This document shows, one piece after another, positions 28,602 to 38,492 of a stretch of DNA of 64,000 nucleotides. How positions within the stretch are numbered: the first letter of the stretch is position 1; every line of letters starts with the position of its first letter. The position numbers were made by a program, and so were the translations under genes. The stretch is taken from positions 1 to 64,000 of the forward strand of contig JBIJDH010000018.1 of the NCBI GenBank assembly GCA_044344255.1, read 5' to 3'. The notes below the pieces were generated by a model. It saw only the letters and a list, made by a program, of their open reading frames with translations. It was not told the DNA's origin and made no database searches. Source of the stretch: Myxococcota bacterium. GTDB taxonomy: Bacteria > Myxococcota_A > UBA796 > UBA2385.

Positions 28602-29695
28602 GGGCGGTCCCAGGTCTTGTATTGCGGAGAGACGGCGCGCACGAGGTCTTCGCCCCAGCGCTCCCCGCGGGCGAGGCGGAGGCGGAGATCGACGAAGTCG
28701 ATCTCGCGGTGGCCTCTCGGGCCCTCGTTGAAGGCCTTGAAGCCGGCGCTGCCCTCGGTCATCATGTTGTTGGCCAGCCAGGCGCGGTTGCTCTCTTTGT
28801 TCTTGTCCCAGTGGGCGAGCTTGTGCTTGCGGATCGACTCGACCGTCTTCGTCGTACAGTCGGGGAAGGTGAGCAGCAGCTTCGTGACGAGGGCGTCTAC
28901 CGCCTCATCGAGCAGGGAGAGGTCGATCGTCCCGCTGGCCAGGGTGGCTTTCGCGGCGGTGGCCTCGGCGCCCGTCTTCTTCTTGCCGAGGATGATTCTT
29001 CCGTATTCGTCGAGCATCCGGTCGGTCACCGCCATCGGGTTGGGGACGAAACGACCGTCCACCTTGAGCGCGGGCACGATCTGGGTGAGCAGCCCGAGGC
29101 GCAGCGCCTCGTGCGCGGTCCACTGCTCACAGAGGGTGCAGGACTCCATGGCCCGCTCGACGCCCACGTAGAGGGGCAGGAAGTCGGTGGAGCCGCCGTC
29201 GGGGGCGCTGCCGTGCTTGGGGCCGGCCTGCCCGAAGACCGCGAGGTCTTGCGCGACCGAGTAGTCGCAGGCCATGCCGATCTCCTGACCGCCGCCCACC
29301 CGCATCCCGTTCACCCGGCAGATCACCGGCTTGTCGCAGAGGAGGATCGCGCTCACCATGTCATTGAACAGGCGCATGTACTGGCGGTACTCATGGGGCT
29401 GCCCCGCGTAGTACTCGGCGTACTCCTTTGTATTTCCGCCCGTACAGAATGCGCTCGTGCCAGCGGCCGTGAAGACTACCGCCACTGCCGCGCGGTCACA
29501 GCTCGCGCGCCGAAAGGCGAGGATGACCTCCTTGACCATGTCGGTCGTATACGAATTGAATTGTTTTGGGTTGTCCAGGGTGATCTGGACGGCGTGTAAG
29601 CCATCCACCACCTGGCCCGAGGCGTCCCGCACGGGGCGCGCCTCGGTGCGGACCTGGCCGGGGGTGCCGATGACGTCGAGGGTGTGGTCGTTCAC
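28598..29695 (-). CDS. oah: 6-oxocyclohex-1-ene-1-carbonyl-CoA hydrolase
   Basis: NPKQFNSYTT, FCTGGNTKEYAEYYAG, GGGQEIGMACD, GPKHGSAPDGGSTDFLP; GTG 29695. Confidence 0.9.
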   Translation of the reverse strand: MNDHTLDVIGTPGQVRTEARPVRDASGQVVDGLHAVQITLDNPKQFNSYTTDMVKEVILAFRRASCDRAAVAVVFTAAGTSAFCTGGNTKEYAEYYAGQPHEYRQYMRLFNDMVSAILLCDKPVICRVNGMRVGGGQEIGMACDYSVAQDLAVFGQAGPKHGSAPDGGSTDFLPLYVGVERAMESCTLCEQWTAHEALRLGLLTQIVPALKVDGRFVPNPMAVTDRMLDEYGRIILGKKKTGAEATAAKATLASGTIDLSLLDEAVDALVTKLLLTFPDCTTKTVESIRKHKLAHWDKNKESNRAWLANNMMTEGSAGFKAFNEGPRGHREIDFVDLRLRLARGERWGEDLVRAVSPQYKTWDRP

Positions 29696-30759
29696 AGGGG
29701 CTCCGGAGGGACGAGCACGACGCGGCGCGGGAGGCCGCCGTGGTGGAGGGTCTCGAAGACGGAGGGGAGCTCGGCGAGGGGTCGCAGCTCCGACTGGGAG
29801 CGAACGTCCACCTTGCCGTCGAGCACCAGGAGCAGGATCGCCGGGTAATGTTCGGGCAGGCAGCCCCAGACCCCGCGCGCCGTCGCGTCGAAGGCCATCA
29901 GGTTGCTCAGCCGGAAGGTCGAGGCCTCGCGGGTGAAGCCGACCACGAGCAGCGTGGCGCCGGGGCCGAGGAGGTCCCAGGCCGTGGCCTGCCCGGGCGT
30001 GCTGCCGGAGGTCTCGAAGATCTTCCAGCGGTCGGCGCGCCAACCCTTCGCCTTGACGAGGGCGCGCACCTTCTTCTTGAGGTCGGGCTCGCGCGCGTCG
30101 AGGGTGAGGGCGCCGGCCGCCGCCGCCGCCTCCAAGCGCTCGGCCCGCACGTCGATCGCGATGACGTTGGCGCCGAAGGCGCGGGCGATCTGCACGGCGT
30201 AGCCACCCACGCCGCCGCAGCCGACCACCACGGCGGTGTCCCCCGCGCGCAGCCCGGAGTGGATCACCGCCTGATAGGGCGTGCTCACCGCGTCGGCGAT
30301 GACCGCGAGCTCGCGGAGGGTGGTGCCGGAGGCCCCGAGCGGCTGGTCTGCCGAGGTGCAGCCCGGGACGACACAGAGGCCCTCCGCCGGCACGTCCACG
30401 CGGTCGGCGAAGCCGCCTTGTACGTCATTGCCGGGGAAGATCTGCGCGCCGCAGATGCCGCCCACGCCCTCTCGACAGGCGACGCACTGGCCACACGGGA
30501 TCACCGCCGGCACCAGCACCGCCTGGCCGACGAGCTCTTCGGGCCCCTCCTCGACGAAGCCCGAGATCTCGTGGCCGAGCGTGAGCGGGAGCGGGTGGCG
30601 CGTGCGCACGCCGTCGTAGAAGAAGCCGAGGTCGGTGTGGCAGACCCCGCAGCCGGCCACGCGGATCCGTGCGTAGCCCTCCGGGAGCGGGCCCATCTCC
30701 TCACAGACGGGCGCCATCTCCTGGGCTCCGATCATCTGCCAGCCGGTACGAACCGCCAT
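29692..30759 (-). CDS. had: 6-hydroxycyclohex-1-ene-1-carbonyl-CoA dehydrogenase
   Basis: Zn-ADH motifs CGVCHTD, GHEISG, CxxCxxC; GVRTRHPLPL; RLSNLMAFDA..GVWGC. Confidence 0.85.
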   Translation of the reverse strand: MAVRTGWQMIGAQEMAPVCEEMGPLPEGYARIRVAGCGVCHTDLGFFYDGVRTRHPLPLTLGHEISGFVEEGPEELVGQAVLVPAVIPCGQCVACREGVGGICGAQIFPGNDVQGGFADRVDVPAEGLCVVPGCTSADQPLGASGTTLRELAVIADAVSTPYQAVIHSGLRAGDTAVVVGCGGVGGYAVQIARAFGANVIAIDVRAERLEAAAAAGALTLDAREPDLKKKVRALVKAKGWRADRWKIFETSGSTPGQATAWDLLGPGATLLVVGFTREASTFRLSNLMAFDATARGVWGCLPEHYPAILLLVLDGKVDVRSQSELRPLAELPSVFETLHHGGLPRRVVLVPPEPL

Positions 30760-30866
30760 GCCACGCTCCAAGGGGGTCCGGGCGGACTCGTGCACTCCGT
30801 GTGCCAACGGCCGAACGCCGGGAACATCGCCGAGATGCTCCCAGGCGTGCGTTTATCCCCAGCGCA

Positions 30867-33443
30867 CTAGGGTGATTGGACACACCTGCGCGCGGGGAGG
30901 GCGCCGGCCGCCTGCATGTGCTCCCGCAGCTCGCGCTCGAGGCGGACGCTGGCCGGCCCGAGCTGCTCGGCCCGGGCGAGGTGAGCGCGCGCGAGGTCGG
31001 CCTCCCCGCGGTGCCAGGCGAGGTCGGCGCGGATGGCGAGGTTCACGCGCAGCTCGAGGACGGGAGGGGCGTGGGCGAGCATCTCCCACGCTTCGTCCAG
31101 GTGGCGGTCAGCCTCCGGTAGCGCCAGCCTCCCCTCCACCCAAGCGAGGTTGGCCAGGGCATAGGAGCGGTGGCGAATCGCCCGGACCGGCTGGGAGACC
31201 GCCATCCGCGCGTGTTCGAGTGCGTCCGCGAACCGTCCGGAGTGAAGACACACGTCGGAGAGCCCGATGTGCGCCTGGGCGGTGCAGGGGCTGTCGGCCA
31301 AGGCCTCCGCCAGGCGCAGCATGGTGTGCGCTTCTCGGGACACGGCTGCATAATCACCGTCCTCCAGCGCGATGAACATACGGTTGGTGGCGATATCGGA
31401 GGCGAGCGCGAGCGAGGGCCGGGGCGTGGCCTCTGCCTTCTCGATGGCCTCGCGGGCAGCGGACAGGTCTCCGCACACCACGTTCGCGGTGGCCACACGC
31501 GTCCAGGCCTGTGCGGCCGAGATGGTGCCGATCCCATGAAGGTTGGCCGCCTCCAAGCAGAGTCGCAGGCTTCCTTCATGATCGCCCTGCGCTCGCCGCA
31601 ACACCGCGAGGCGAAGGAGCACCGGAGAGCGGGTCTTGGGCGGACCGCCTTCAGCAGCGACGAGGGCCGCATCAAGCTCTTCGGCTGCCGCAGCCTGATC
31701 TCCTAAGACACAGTGGAGGTATCCGGCGAGGCTCCGCGCGTCCGCGACCGTGCGCCGATCGCCCCTGGCCTCGGCCGCGCGACTCAAGCGGCCCGCGACC
31801 GTTATCGCTCCCTGAAGGTCGTCAAACCGACGAAGCGCATAGAGCGCGACGCGACAGAGGAGGACCTCCTCGGGGAGCGCGAGGTCGCTCCGGAGCAGAC
31901 CGGCCGTGATCAAGGGGGTGATCCGCGCGAGCGGCCCCTCGGCCTGGAGCAGCGCCCAAGCGAGCTCCGCGAGGCTCCCGATGTCCGGCCGCCCGGCGGC
32001 CACCGCCCACTCCGCCGCGGCGAGGATGCTGGCCTTGTCCTCGCTCCGCCCTCGTGCGCGCTCGGGGGGCAAGGGCGTCGGGTAGCGCGTGAGGAGCGAG
32101 GTGATGAGCCTGTCCCAGGCCTCCTGTCGGTCGAGCTCGGTCAAGCGCTCGGCGGCGAAGGCCCTCACGGTGGGCAGCATCTCCAGCCGCCCCTCGCCCG
32201 ACCGCCGCAGCAGGCCGGCGCGCACGAGGGTGTCGAGCGTGGCGGGGCCCCGGGCCTCGACGGCCCCCCCGAGGAGGGCCTCGGCCGTCTCGAGGGAGAA
32301 GCCGTCCTCGGCGAGGGAGAGGCGGGCGAGCGCCGCTCGTGCGGGCGGCGGGAGGAGGGCCCAGGTGCCCTCGAGCACGCCCAACATGGCGCCCTGCCGC
32401 TCGGGGGCGCTCGGATCGGAGAGCACCCGCAGCCAGCCTGCGCCGCTCTGCTGCTCGCGGAGGAGGCTCGCCAGAGCGCCCGGGCCGACGAGGGCGGTCC
32501 GCGCGGCGGCGAGCTCGACGGCCAGCGGGATGCCGTCGAGGCGGCGGAGGACGGCGTCGGCCGCTGCGTCGTCGAGGGCGGCCTCCGCGCGGGCCCGCAG
32601 CAGGGCGCCGGCGGCCTCCGGGTCGAGGCCGAAGAGCGGGAGCCGTGACTCACCGGCGATCTGGAGCGGTGCGCGGGAGGTCACGAGCACGCGCAGCGAG
32701 GGGGAGAGGTCGAGGCAGAGCTCGACCATGCGCGCCGTCTCGACGAGGGCGGACTCCGCGTTGTCGAAGAGGAGGAGCGCGTCGGGGGCCTCGGCCAGCG
32801 CGGCCTCGATCGCGGCGCTCGGGCGCGGCGAGGTCGCGGGGGCCCCGACGGCGCGCAGCACCGCCGCCTCGACGTCGGCATCGCCGCGGGCCGCCACGAG
32901 GTCGCAGAGCGCCACGGGGCCCGTCCAGCGAGCGGTGGCGAAGTGGAGGGCGAGGCGCGTCTTGCCGATGCCCCCCATGCCGACGAGGGTGACCAGGCGG
33001 TCTCCCCGCTGGAAGCGGGCCCGGAGCTGCTCGAGCTCGGCCGCTCGGCCGAAGAAGCGGTTCCGCTCGGCGGGAGGACGCCGGAAGGCGGAGCGCGCCC
33101 CCGGCACCTCCGCCGGGGCGGGCGGCGGCGGGGGCGCCACGACGCGCGCGGACAGACGGTACCCCACCCCCCGCTCGGCGAGCACGACGGTGGGCTCTGC
33201 AGGATTGTGCTCGATCTTCGTGCGCAGTCGCCGGCAGGTGTGGAAGACCGCCCGTGTCTCGGCGGAGGGCGCGTAGCCCCAGACCTCCCGGAGGAGCTCG
33301 ACGGTGCCCACCACCTCGCCGGCTCGTTCGGCCAGATAATGAAGGAGTTCGCGCTCTTTGGCGGTCAGGCTGGCGGTGGTGCCACCGCGGCGCACGAGGC
33401 CCGACTCCGTGTCGCAGGTCCCATCGGGGAGGTGGAGCAGCAT
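30867..33443 (-). CDS. Winged-helix/STAND ATPase/TPR transcriptional regulator
   Basis: OmpR-type wHTH (LTAKERELL, VWGY, GVGYRL), FFGR, GMGGIGKT Walker A, LLLFDN, LDGIPLAVELAAAR, TPR-like tail; ATG 33443. Confidence 0.85.
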   Translation of the reverse strand: MLLHLPDGTCDTESGLVRRGGTTASLTAKERELLHYLAERAGEVVGTVELLREVWGYAPSAETRAVFHTCRRLRTKIEHNPAEPTVVLAERGVGYRLSARVVAPPPPPAPAEVPGARSAFRRPPAERNRFFGRAAELEQLRARFQRGDRLVTLVGMGGIGKTRLALHFATARWTGPVALCDLVAARGDADVEAAVLRAVGAPATSPRPSAAIEAALAEAPDALLLFDNAESALVETARMVELCLDLSPSLRVLVTSRAPLQIAGESRLPLFGLDPEAAGALLRARAEAALDDAAADAVLRRLDGIPLAVELAAARTALVGPGALASLLREQQSGAGWLRVLSDPSAPERQGAMLGVLEGTWALLPPPARAALARLSLAEDGFSLETAEALLGGAVEARGPATLDTLVRAGLLRRSGEGRLEMLPTVRAFAAERLTELDRQEAWDRLITSLLTRYPTPLPPERARGRSEDKASILAAAEWAVAAGRPDIGSLAELAWALLQAEGPLARITPLITAGLLRSDLALPEEVLLCRVALYALRRFDDLQGAITVAGRLSRAAEARGDRRTVADARSLAGYLHCVLGDQAAAAEELDAALVAAEGGPPKTRSPVLLRLAVLRRAQGDHEGSLRLCLEAANLHGIGTISAAQAWTRVATANVVCGDLSAAREAIEKAEATPRPSLALASDIATNRMFIALEDGDYAAVSREAHTMLRLAEALADSPCTAQAHIGLSDVCLHSGRFADALEHARMAVSQPVRAIRHRSYALANLAWVEGRLALPEADRHLDEAWEMLAHAPPVLELRVNLAIRADLAWHRGEADLARAHLARAEQLGPASVRLERELREHMQAAGALPARRCVQSP

Positions 33444-33573
33444 GGGCGCACCGTAGCCTGTCTCTGACGCAGGTCCTGCGTCCGTCCGCGTCTGGGACGC
33501 ATCGCGTTGGGGGGTGATGAAGGGAGCGGTGGTCGCGAACCCCGCGCCCCGCACCCCCGCCCTGGAGCACCCC

Positions 33574-35181
33574 ATGAACCCGCTGTCCCGCCGCCTCTCC
33601 TCGATCCTCGGCCTCACCCTCTCCGCCGCAGGCCTCCTTGCCCCGGCCGTCGCCAGCGCAGGCTCCGCCGGTATCAACGGTGTCAATTGCGGCTTCGCCA
33701 CCATCCAGGCCGCCATCAACGCCGCCCCCGATGGGGGCACGGTCTTCGTGAGCGAAGGTGTCCAGACCGATCCCGGCTTTGTCGTCACCAAGCGGCTGAC
33801 CATCCGCCGCGGCACCAGCGCCTGCCAGGCGGGGGGGGCCGGGATGGCGGTCATCGACTTCGCCGGGGCTGGACACGCGGAGATCGCCGACGACCTCTCC
33901 GCCGTCGTCTTTGAAGACCTGAGCCTCCTCCGTGGCGCGTCCTCCACCCAGGGCGGCGGGATCCTCGTGGGCGAGCGCTCGAACCTCGACCTGCGGGACA
34001 GCGCGGTCTCCCTCAGCAACGCCGACGAGGGCGGCGGCGTCTACGTCTCGGCGGGCGCCACCCTCGAGGCCGACGGCCTGCTGCTCGTCGGCAACACCGC
34101 CGAGGACGGGGGTGGGATCTACGGCGGCCCCGGCGCCACCCTCGACCTCTCCACCAGCCTCAGCGGCGACCTCCACTTCGCCAGCAACACGGCCAGCGGG
34201 CTCGGCGGCGGCCTGCTCTGCGCCGGCTGCACGCTGACGATCGATCGCGGCGTGAACGACTTCGCCGACGTGGTCTTCGAGGACAACGCGGCGGATCGCG
34301 GCGGCGCCGTCGCCGTGCTCGACGGCGACTCGGAGGTGGCAGAGGCCACGGTCTCCACGGGCAGCTTCGAGGCCAACGAGGCCGACGCGGGCGGCGCCTT
34401 CTACCTCTACACGAGCGGCGCCATGCGCCTCAGCGGCCTCGACCTCCTCGGCAACAGCGCCCGAGTGGGCGGCGCGCTGGTGGCCGACACGGCGAGCGAC
34501 GTCGCGATCGAGGGCGCGCTCTTTGAGGGCAACGTCGCCACCGCGCTCGGGGGCGCCATTCACTCGCTCTCGAGCGACCTCCTCGTCGAGACGAGCCGCT
34601 TCGAGGCCAACGCGGCGGCGGCGGGCGGGGCCTTCCTCTCGGACGCCGAGGTGCCCTTCCACCACTCGACCCTCGTCGATCGCTGCACCTTCTTCGACAA
34701 CACCGCGACCGGCGGGAGCGCCGGCTCGGCCGTCGAGGTGCGGAGCGCCGTCAATGACCTCACCCTCTCGAACAGCCAGGTGGTGGGCGGGAATTCCCCG
34801 GTCTCCCCTGGGGCCGCGGTGCTGGCGCTGAACGGCGCCACGCTGCACCTCTTCGACTCCACCGTCGCCTACAACGAGCGCTGGGGCGTGGCGAGCGTGG
34901 GGGGCACCGTCGAGATGAAGGGGGACATCGTCTGGGCCAATACCAACGGCGTGACCGGCGCGGGGCTCAGCGCCGTCTGCTCGGACGTCCAGGGCGGGCT
35001 CTTGCCGGGGGCCCTCAACCTCTCCACCAACCCCCTGTTCACCGATCCCGCCAACGCCGACCTGACGCTGCAGGTGGGCTCTCCGGCCCGCGACGTCTGC
35101 GCGGCGCACCCTGGCACTTCGCTCGACAATCACGATCGCAGCGTGAACCAGACCAACATGGGCGCCTACGACTGGAACTGA
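33574..35181 (+). CDS. Secreted right-handed beta-helix (Pmp-like GGA repeat) protein
   Basis: Signal peptide; TIQAAINAA; repeated FxxNxA..GG(A/G); C-terminal NPLF..DLTL..SPARD..MGAY. Confidence 0.8.
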   Translation: MNPLSRRLSSILGLTLSAAGLLAPAVASAGSAGINGVNCGFATIQAAINAAPDGGTVFVSEGVQTDPGFVVTKRLTIRRGTSACQAGGAGMAVIDFAGAGHAEIADDLSAVVFEDLSLLRGASSTQGGGILVGERSNLDLRDSAVSLSNADEGGGVYVSAGATLEADGLLLVGNTAEDGGGIYGGPGATLDLSTSLSGDLHFASNTASGLGGGLLCAGCTLTIDRGVNDFADVVFEDNAADRGGAVAVLDGDSEVAEATVSTGSFEANEADAGGAFYLYTSGAMRLSGLDLLGNSARVGGALVADTASDVAIEGALFEGNVATALGGAIHSLSSDLLVETSRFEANAAAAGGAFLSDAEVPFHHSTLVDRCTFFDNTATGGSAGSAVEVRSAVNDLTLSNSQVVGGNSPVSPGAAVLALNGATLHLFDSTVAYNERWGVASVGGTVEMKGDIVWANTNGVTGAGLSAVCSDVQGGLLPGALNLSTNPLFTDPANADLTLQVGSPARDVCAAHPGTSLDNHDRSVNQTNMGAYDWN

Positions 35182-35317
35182 CGCGGGTGGCGGGCCAGGG
35201 GGTGCCGGGCGGGCGCAGGTGCGGAATGCACCTTGCCCGCCCGGCCGGGCACGGTTTAACGGGGCGGGCAGCCAATCGCTGACCCTGGTCACTCAATCCC
35301 CTTCTCGCGAGACCCCC

Positions 35318-36139
35318 ATGGACATCAAGAAGCTCCAACAGATCGTGATGGAGACCGTCGTCCCCCTCGGGACCAGCCTGATCACCAACCTCATCGTCGC
35401 GCTGCTGTTCTGGCTGATCGGTCGGAGGCTGGTGGCCCTCGCGATCGGCTTGCTGGACCGCGCCCTCTCCGCCCGCAGGATCGATGACACGGTCCGCCGG
35501 TATCTCACCTCCGCCCTCAACATGGTGCTGACCGGCGCGCTGGTCGTCGCCATCTTCGGCTACCTCGGCGTGGAGACCACCACCTTCGCGGCGCTGCTGG
35601 CCGGCGTCGGCCTCGCGGTGGGCACGGCCTGGGGTGACCTGCTCCGCAACTTCGCGGCGGGGGTCTTCATGCTCGTCCTCCGCCCCTTCAAGGTCGGAAA
35701 TTACGTGGTGGCCGGCGGCATCGAGGGCACCGTGGTCGAGATCGGCATGTTCGTGACTGCCATCGACACCCCCGACAACGTGCGCACCTTCGTGGGCAAC
35801 AACGCCGTCTTCGGTGGCACCATCAAGAACTTCTCCAACAACGCCCACCGCCGCGTCGAGCTCGTCGCCCAGCTCTCCAGCGACGCCGACTGGAAGAAGG
35901 TCATCACCGAGCTCCAGACGCGCCTCGCCAAGATCCCGAACGTGGTGGCGAACCCGGCCCCCGACGTCTACATCCTCACCTTCAGCGAGCGCGGGCCTGT
36001 CCTCTGTGTGCGCCCCCACTGCCACACGGACCATTATTGGCAGGTCTATTTTGACACCAACGCCCTGATCGCCAGCGTCGGCGCAGATCTCAACCTGCCC
36101 ACGCCTCAGATCCCGGTGCGGCTGGCCGGGAACGCGTGA
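35318..36139 (+). CDS. mscS: Small-conductance mechanosensitive channel
   Basis: Three TMs; GLAVG, NFAAG, RPFKVG, EGTVVEIG, IKNFS. Confidence 0.9.
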   Translation: MDIKKLQQIVMETVVPLGTSLITNLIVALLFWLIGRRLVALAIGLLDRALSARRIDDTVRRYLTSALNMVLTGALVVAIFGYLGVETTTFAALLAGVGLAVGTAWGDLLRNFAAGVFMLVLRPFKVGNYVVAGGIEGTVVEIGMFVTAIDTPDNVRTFVGNNAVFGGTIKNFSNNAHRRVELVAQLSSDADWKKVITELQTRLAKIPNVVANPAPDVYILTFSERGPVLCVRPHCHTDHYWQVYFDTNALIASVGADLNLPTPQIPVRLAGNA

Positions 36140-36155
36140 TCGTCGAAGGGGCGGC

Positions 36156-38387
36156 TCAGTCGAAGGCGAGCTGCAGGTAGACCGCGCCAGCGGCCATGCC
36201 GCCCGTGCTCTCACTGTAGGCGCCCATCGCGAGGTCGCCCCAGCCGTCGCCGTCGAAGTCACCGATGGCGAGGCCGTGGCCCAGCGCCTCATCGGCGCCC
36301 TCTCCCACGAAGCGGGCGGTGGCGTCGCTGGCCGTGAACCGGCCGGCGCGGACGGGGCCCATGAACAGGTAGGCGGCGCCCGCGCCGACCTCCATGGGGG
36401 CCCCGATGAGCAGCTCGTCCACGCCGTCGTGGTCCACGTCCCCCACGGTGTTGCCCATCCCGAAGTATCCGTTGGCGACCTCTCCAAAGATGACGAGGTC
36501 GGCGACGTCGAGGCCGGCCCTGTCGTTCGCCGGCCCGAACACCACGTAGACGGCGCCCGCCTGCATCCCGAGCTCGCTCGAGAAGGAGCTGATCACGGCG
36601 TCGGCGAGGCCGTCCCCGTCCACGTCGCCCTGGGAGACGCAGTAGCCGGACGACTCGCTCGGCTCGATGCCGGCGTAGGCCCCGTGCGCGTCGTCCATCG
36701 TCGTGGTGCCGCTCAGCGGCCCGGTGAGGATGTAGGTGATCCCGGAGTTGGTGGGTCCGACGCTGGCATAGACCGCCGGCACGATGGCGTCTCCGATGCC
36801 GTCTCCGTCCATGTCCCGCCCGGCCCGGAGGTTGCGGCCGAGGTATCCCATCTCCGCCGTGCCCTCGATGAGGGCGTCGGCGTCGGTGGTCATATCGATG
36901 GTCCCCTCGAGCGGGCCATACTCCACATAGACGCTGCCGCGGGCCCCAAGCGTGTTGTAGGCCCCGATCACCGCGTCGGCGACGCCGTCTCCGTTCATGT
37001 CGCCGACGTCGGAGCCATGGCCGAAGTAGGAGTCGGACTCACCGAGCAGCGTCACGTCGGGGGCGTCGAGGGCCCGGTCCTCGAGGACCGGACTGAGGAG
37101 GATGGCGACGTTGGGCGGGCTCGCCCAGGGGGCGCCGATCTCGACGTCCTCGAACCCGTCACCATCTACGTCGCCGAGGCCGATCGATCGGCTGGCCCCG
37201 TAGGTGCGGGGCACGCCGGCGAGGTTGTAGCCGACGTCGGGCAGCGCGTTCGTGCCGTCCGGGATCGCCCCGTAGACGAGGAAGGCGCCGCCGTTGAAGG
37301 CGTGGGCGTAGAGGGTGGCGACGAGGAGGTCGTCGACGCCGTCCCCGTCGAGGTCGGCGGCGTCGAGCAGGCGGCCGGCGTCCATGTTGGCCCGGTGGGC
37401 GGTGAGCTTCGTGCTCGCCTCGGAGACCAGGTACTCGCCCCCGAAGCCGCCGAAGGTGTCGTGGCCGTCACAGTCGTCATCGATCCCGTCGCCGGCGGCG
37501 TCCTCCGCCCCGGGGTGGATGGCGGGGTCTGTGTCTTCGCAGTCGCCGCCGCCGCAGCTCTCGGCGCCGTAGCCGTCTCCATCCGCGTCGAAGCCCTCGT
37601 CTGAGGCGCCGTCGCAGTCATCGTCGAGGCCGTTGCAGACCTCGAGGGCGCCGGGGTGGGCCACGGCCTCGTCGATCAGGCAGTCGCCGCCCTCCAACAC
37701 CCACCCCGCCGGCGGATCGCAGGCGTCGAGCTCGGTGCTGTCGTCGCCGTAGCCGTCGCCGTCGAGGTCTTCGTACCAGAGGGCGGGCGCGTCCGCTCGG
37801 TCAGGCAGGCCGTCGCAGTCGTCGTCGTCGTCGTCCCCGCAGACCTCCTCCGCGCCGGGGCTGCGACTGGGGTCTGTGTCGTCACAGTCCTCTCCCACCC
37901 AGGACTGGTCGTCGGCGAGCACGCAGGTGCGGGTGCGGGCGGTGGAGTCGCCGTAGCCGTCCCCGTCGGCGTCGGTGAAGGCGACCTCGGGCGCGCCAGG
38001 GTCGGCCTCGCCGTCACAGTCGTCGTCGAGGCCGTTACACAGCTCCTCCACCCCGGGGTGGACCGCGGCGTCGGCGTCGTCACAGTCCCCGTCGACCTCG
38101 GCGTACCCGCCCGGCGCGGCGCAGCCCTCGACCGACCCCTCGGAGCGGCCGTAGCCGTCGCCGTCGCCGTCCGGCCAATAGGCGACGAGCACGCCGTCAT
38201 CCACCGCCGCGTCGCAGTCGTCGTCCTTGCCGTTACAGCGCTCGGTGGCCCCGGGGTGGATGCCGGGGTGGGCGTCGTCACAGTCCTGCTCCGCGCTGTA
38301 GCCGTCGTTGTCGTCGTCGGTGACCTCGCCCTTGTCGCCGCAGCCGAGCAGGAGGAGGAGGGCGATCGGCATGAGGGGGCGGGACAT
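36156..38387 (-). CDS. Lipoprotein with MopE-like metal-binding repeats and FG-GAP repeats
   Basis: Lipobox LLGC; repeated DCDD..HPGA.E.CNG.DDDCDG; multiple GDxxGDGxxD..GA FG-GAP units. Confidence 0.85.
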   Translation of the reverse strand: MSRPLMPIALLLLLGCGDKGEVTDDDNDGYSAEQDCDDAHPGIHPGATERCNGKDDDCDAAVDDGVLVAYWPDGDGDGYGRSEGSVEGCAAPGGYAEVDGDCDDADAAVHPGVEELCNGLDDDCDGEADPGAPEVAFTDADGDGYGDSTARTRTCVLADDQSWVGEDCDDTDPSRSPGAEEVCGDDDDDDCDGLPDRADAPALWYEDLDGDGYGDDSTELDACDPPAGWVLEGGDCLIDEAVAHPGALEVCNGLDDDCDGASDEGFDADGDGYGAESCGGGDCEDTDPAIHPGAEDAAGDGIDDDCDGHDTFGGFGGEYLVSEASTKLTAHRANMDAGRLLDAADLDGDGVDDLLVATLYAHAFNGGAFLVYGAIPDGTNALPDVGYNLAGVPRTYGASRSIGLGDVDGDGFEDVEIGAPWASPPNVAILLSPVLEDRALDAPDVTLLGESDSYFGHGSDVGDMNGDGVADAVIGAYNTLGARGSVYVEYGPLEGTIDMTTDADALIEGTAEMGYLGRNLRAGRDMDGDGIGDAIVPAVYASVGPTNSGITYILTGPLSGTTTMDDAHGAYAGIEPSESSGYCVSQGDVDGDGLADAVISSFSSELGMQAGAVYVVFGPANDRAGLDVADLVIFGEVANGYFGMGNTVGDVDHDGVDELLIGAPMEVGAGAAYLFMGPVRAGRFTASDATARFVGEGADEALGHGLAIGDFDGDGWGDLAMGAYSESTGGMAAGAVYLQLAFD

Positions 38388-38492
38388 CGGGGGGCTCCAG
38401 CACGACGGGCGATCATACGTCGTGCCGGTTCGATCCGCCGCGCCTTCATCGGCCACGTGCTCGATGCCAGGCCCGGACTGGGCGGATGTGGG

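Noticed and set aside
29400..29600. Locally AT-richer stretch inside oah
   Set aside because: Coincides with conserved Asn/Tyr/Lys/Phe-rich motifs; frame intact
2824..35292. Many long alternative-frame or antisense ORFs (e.g. 2824..4743, 8761..10968, 10430..12499, 32650..35292)
   Set aside because: Shadow ORFs expected at this GC content; Arg/Pro/Gly-rich, no motifs, and overlapping well-supported genes
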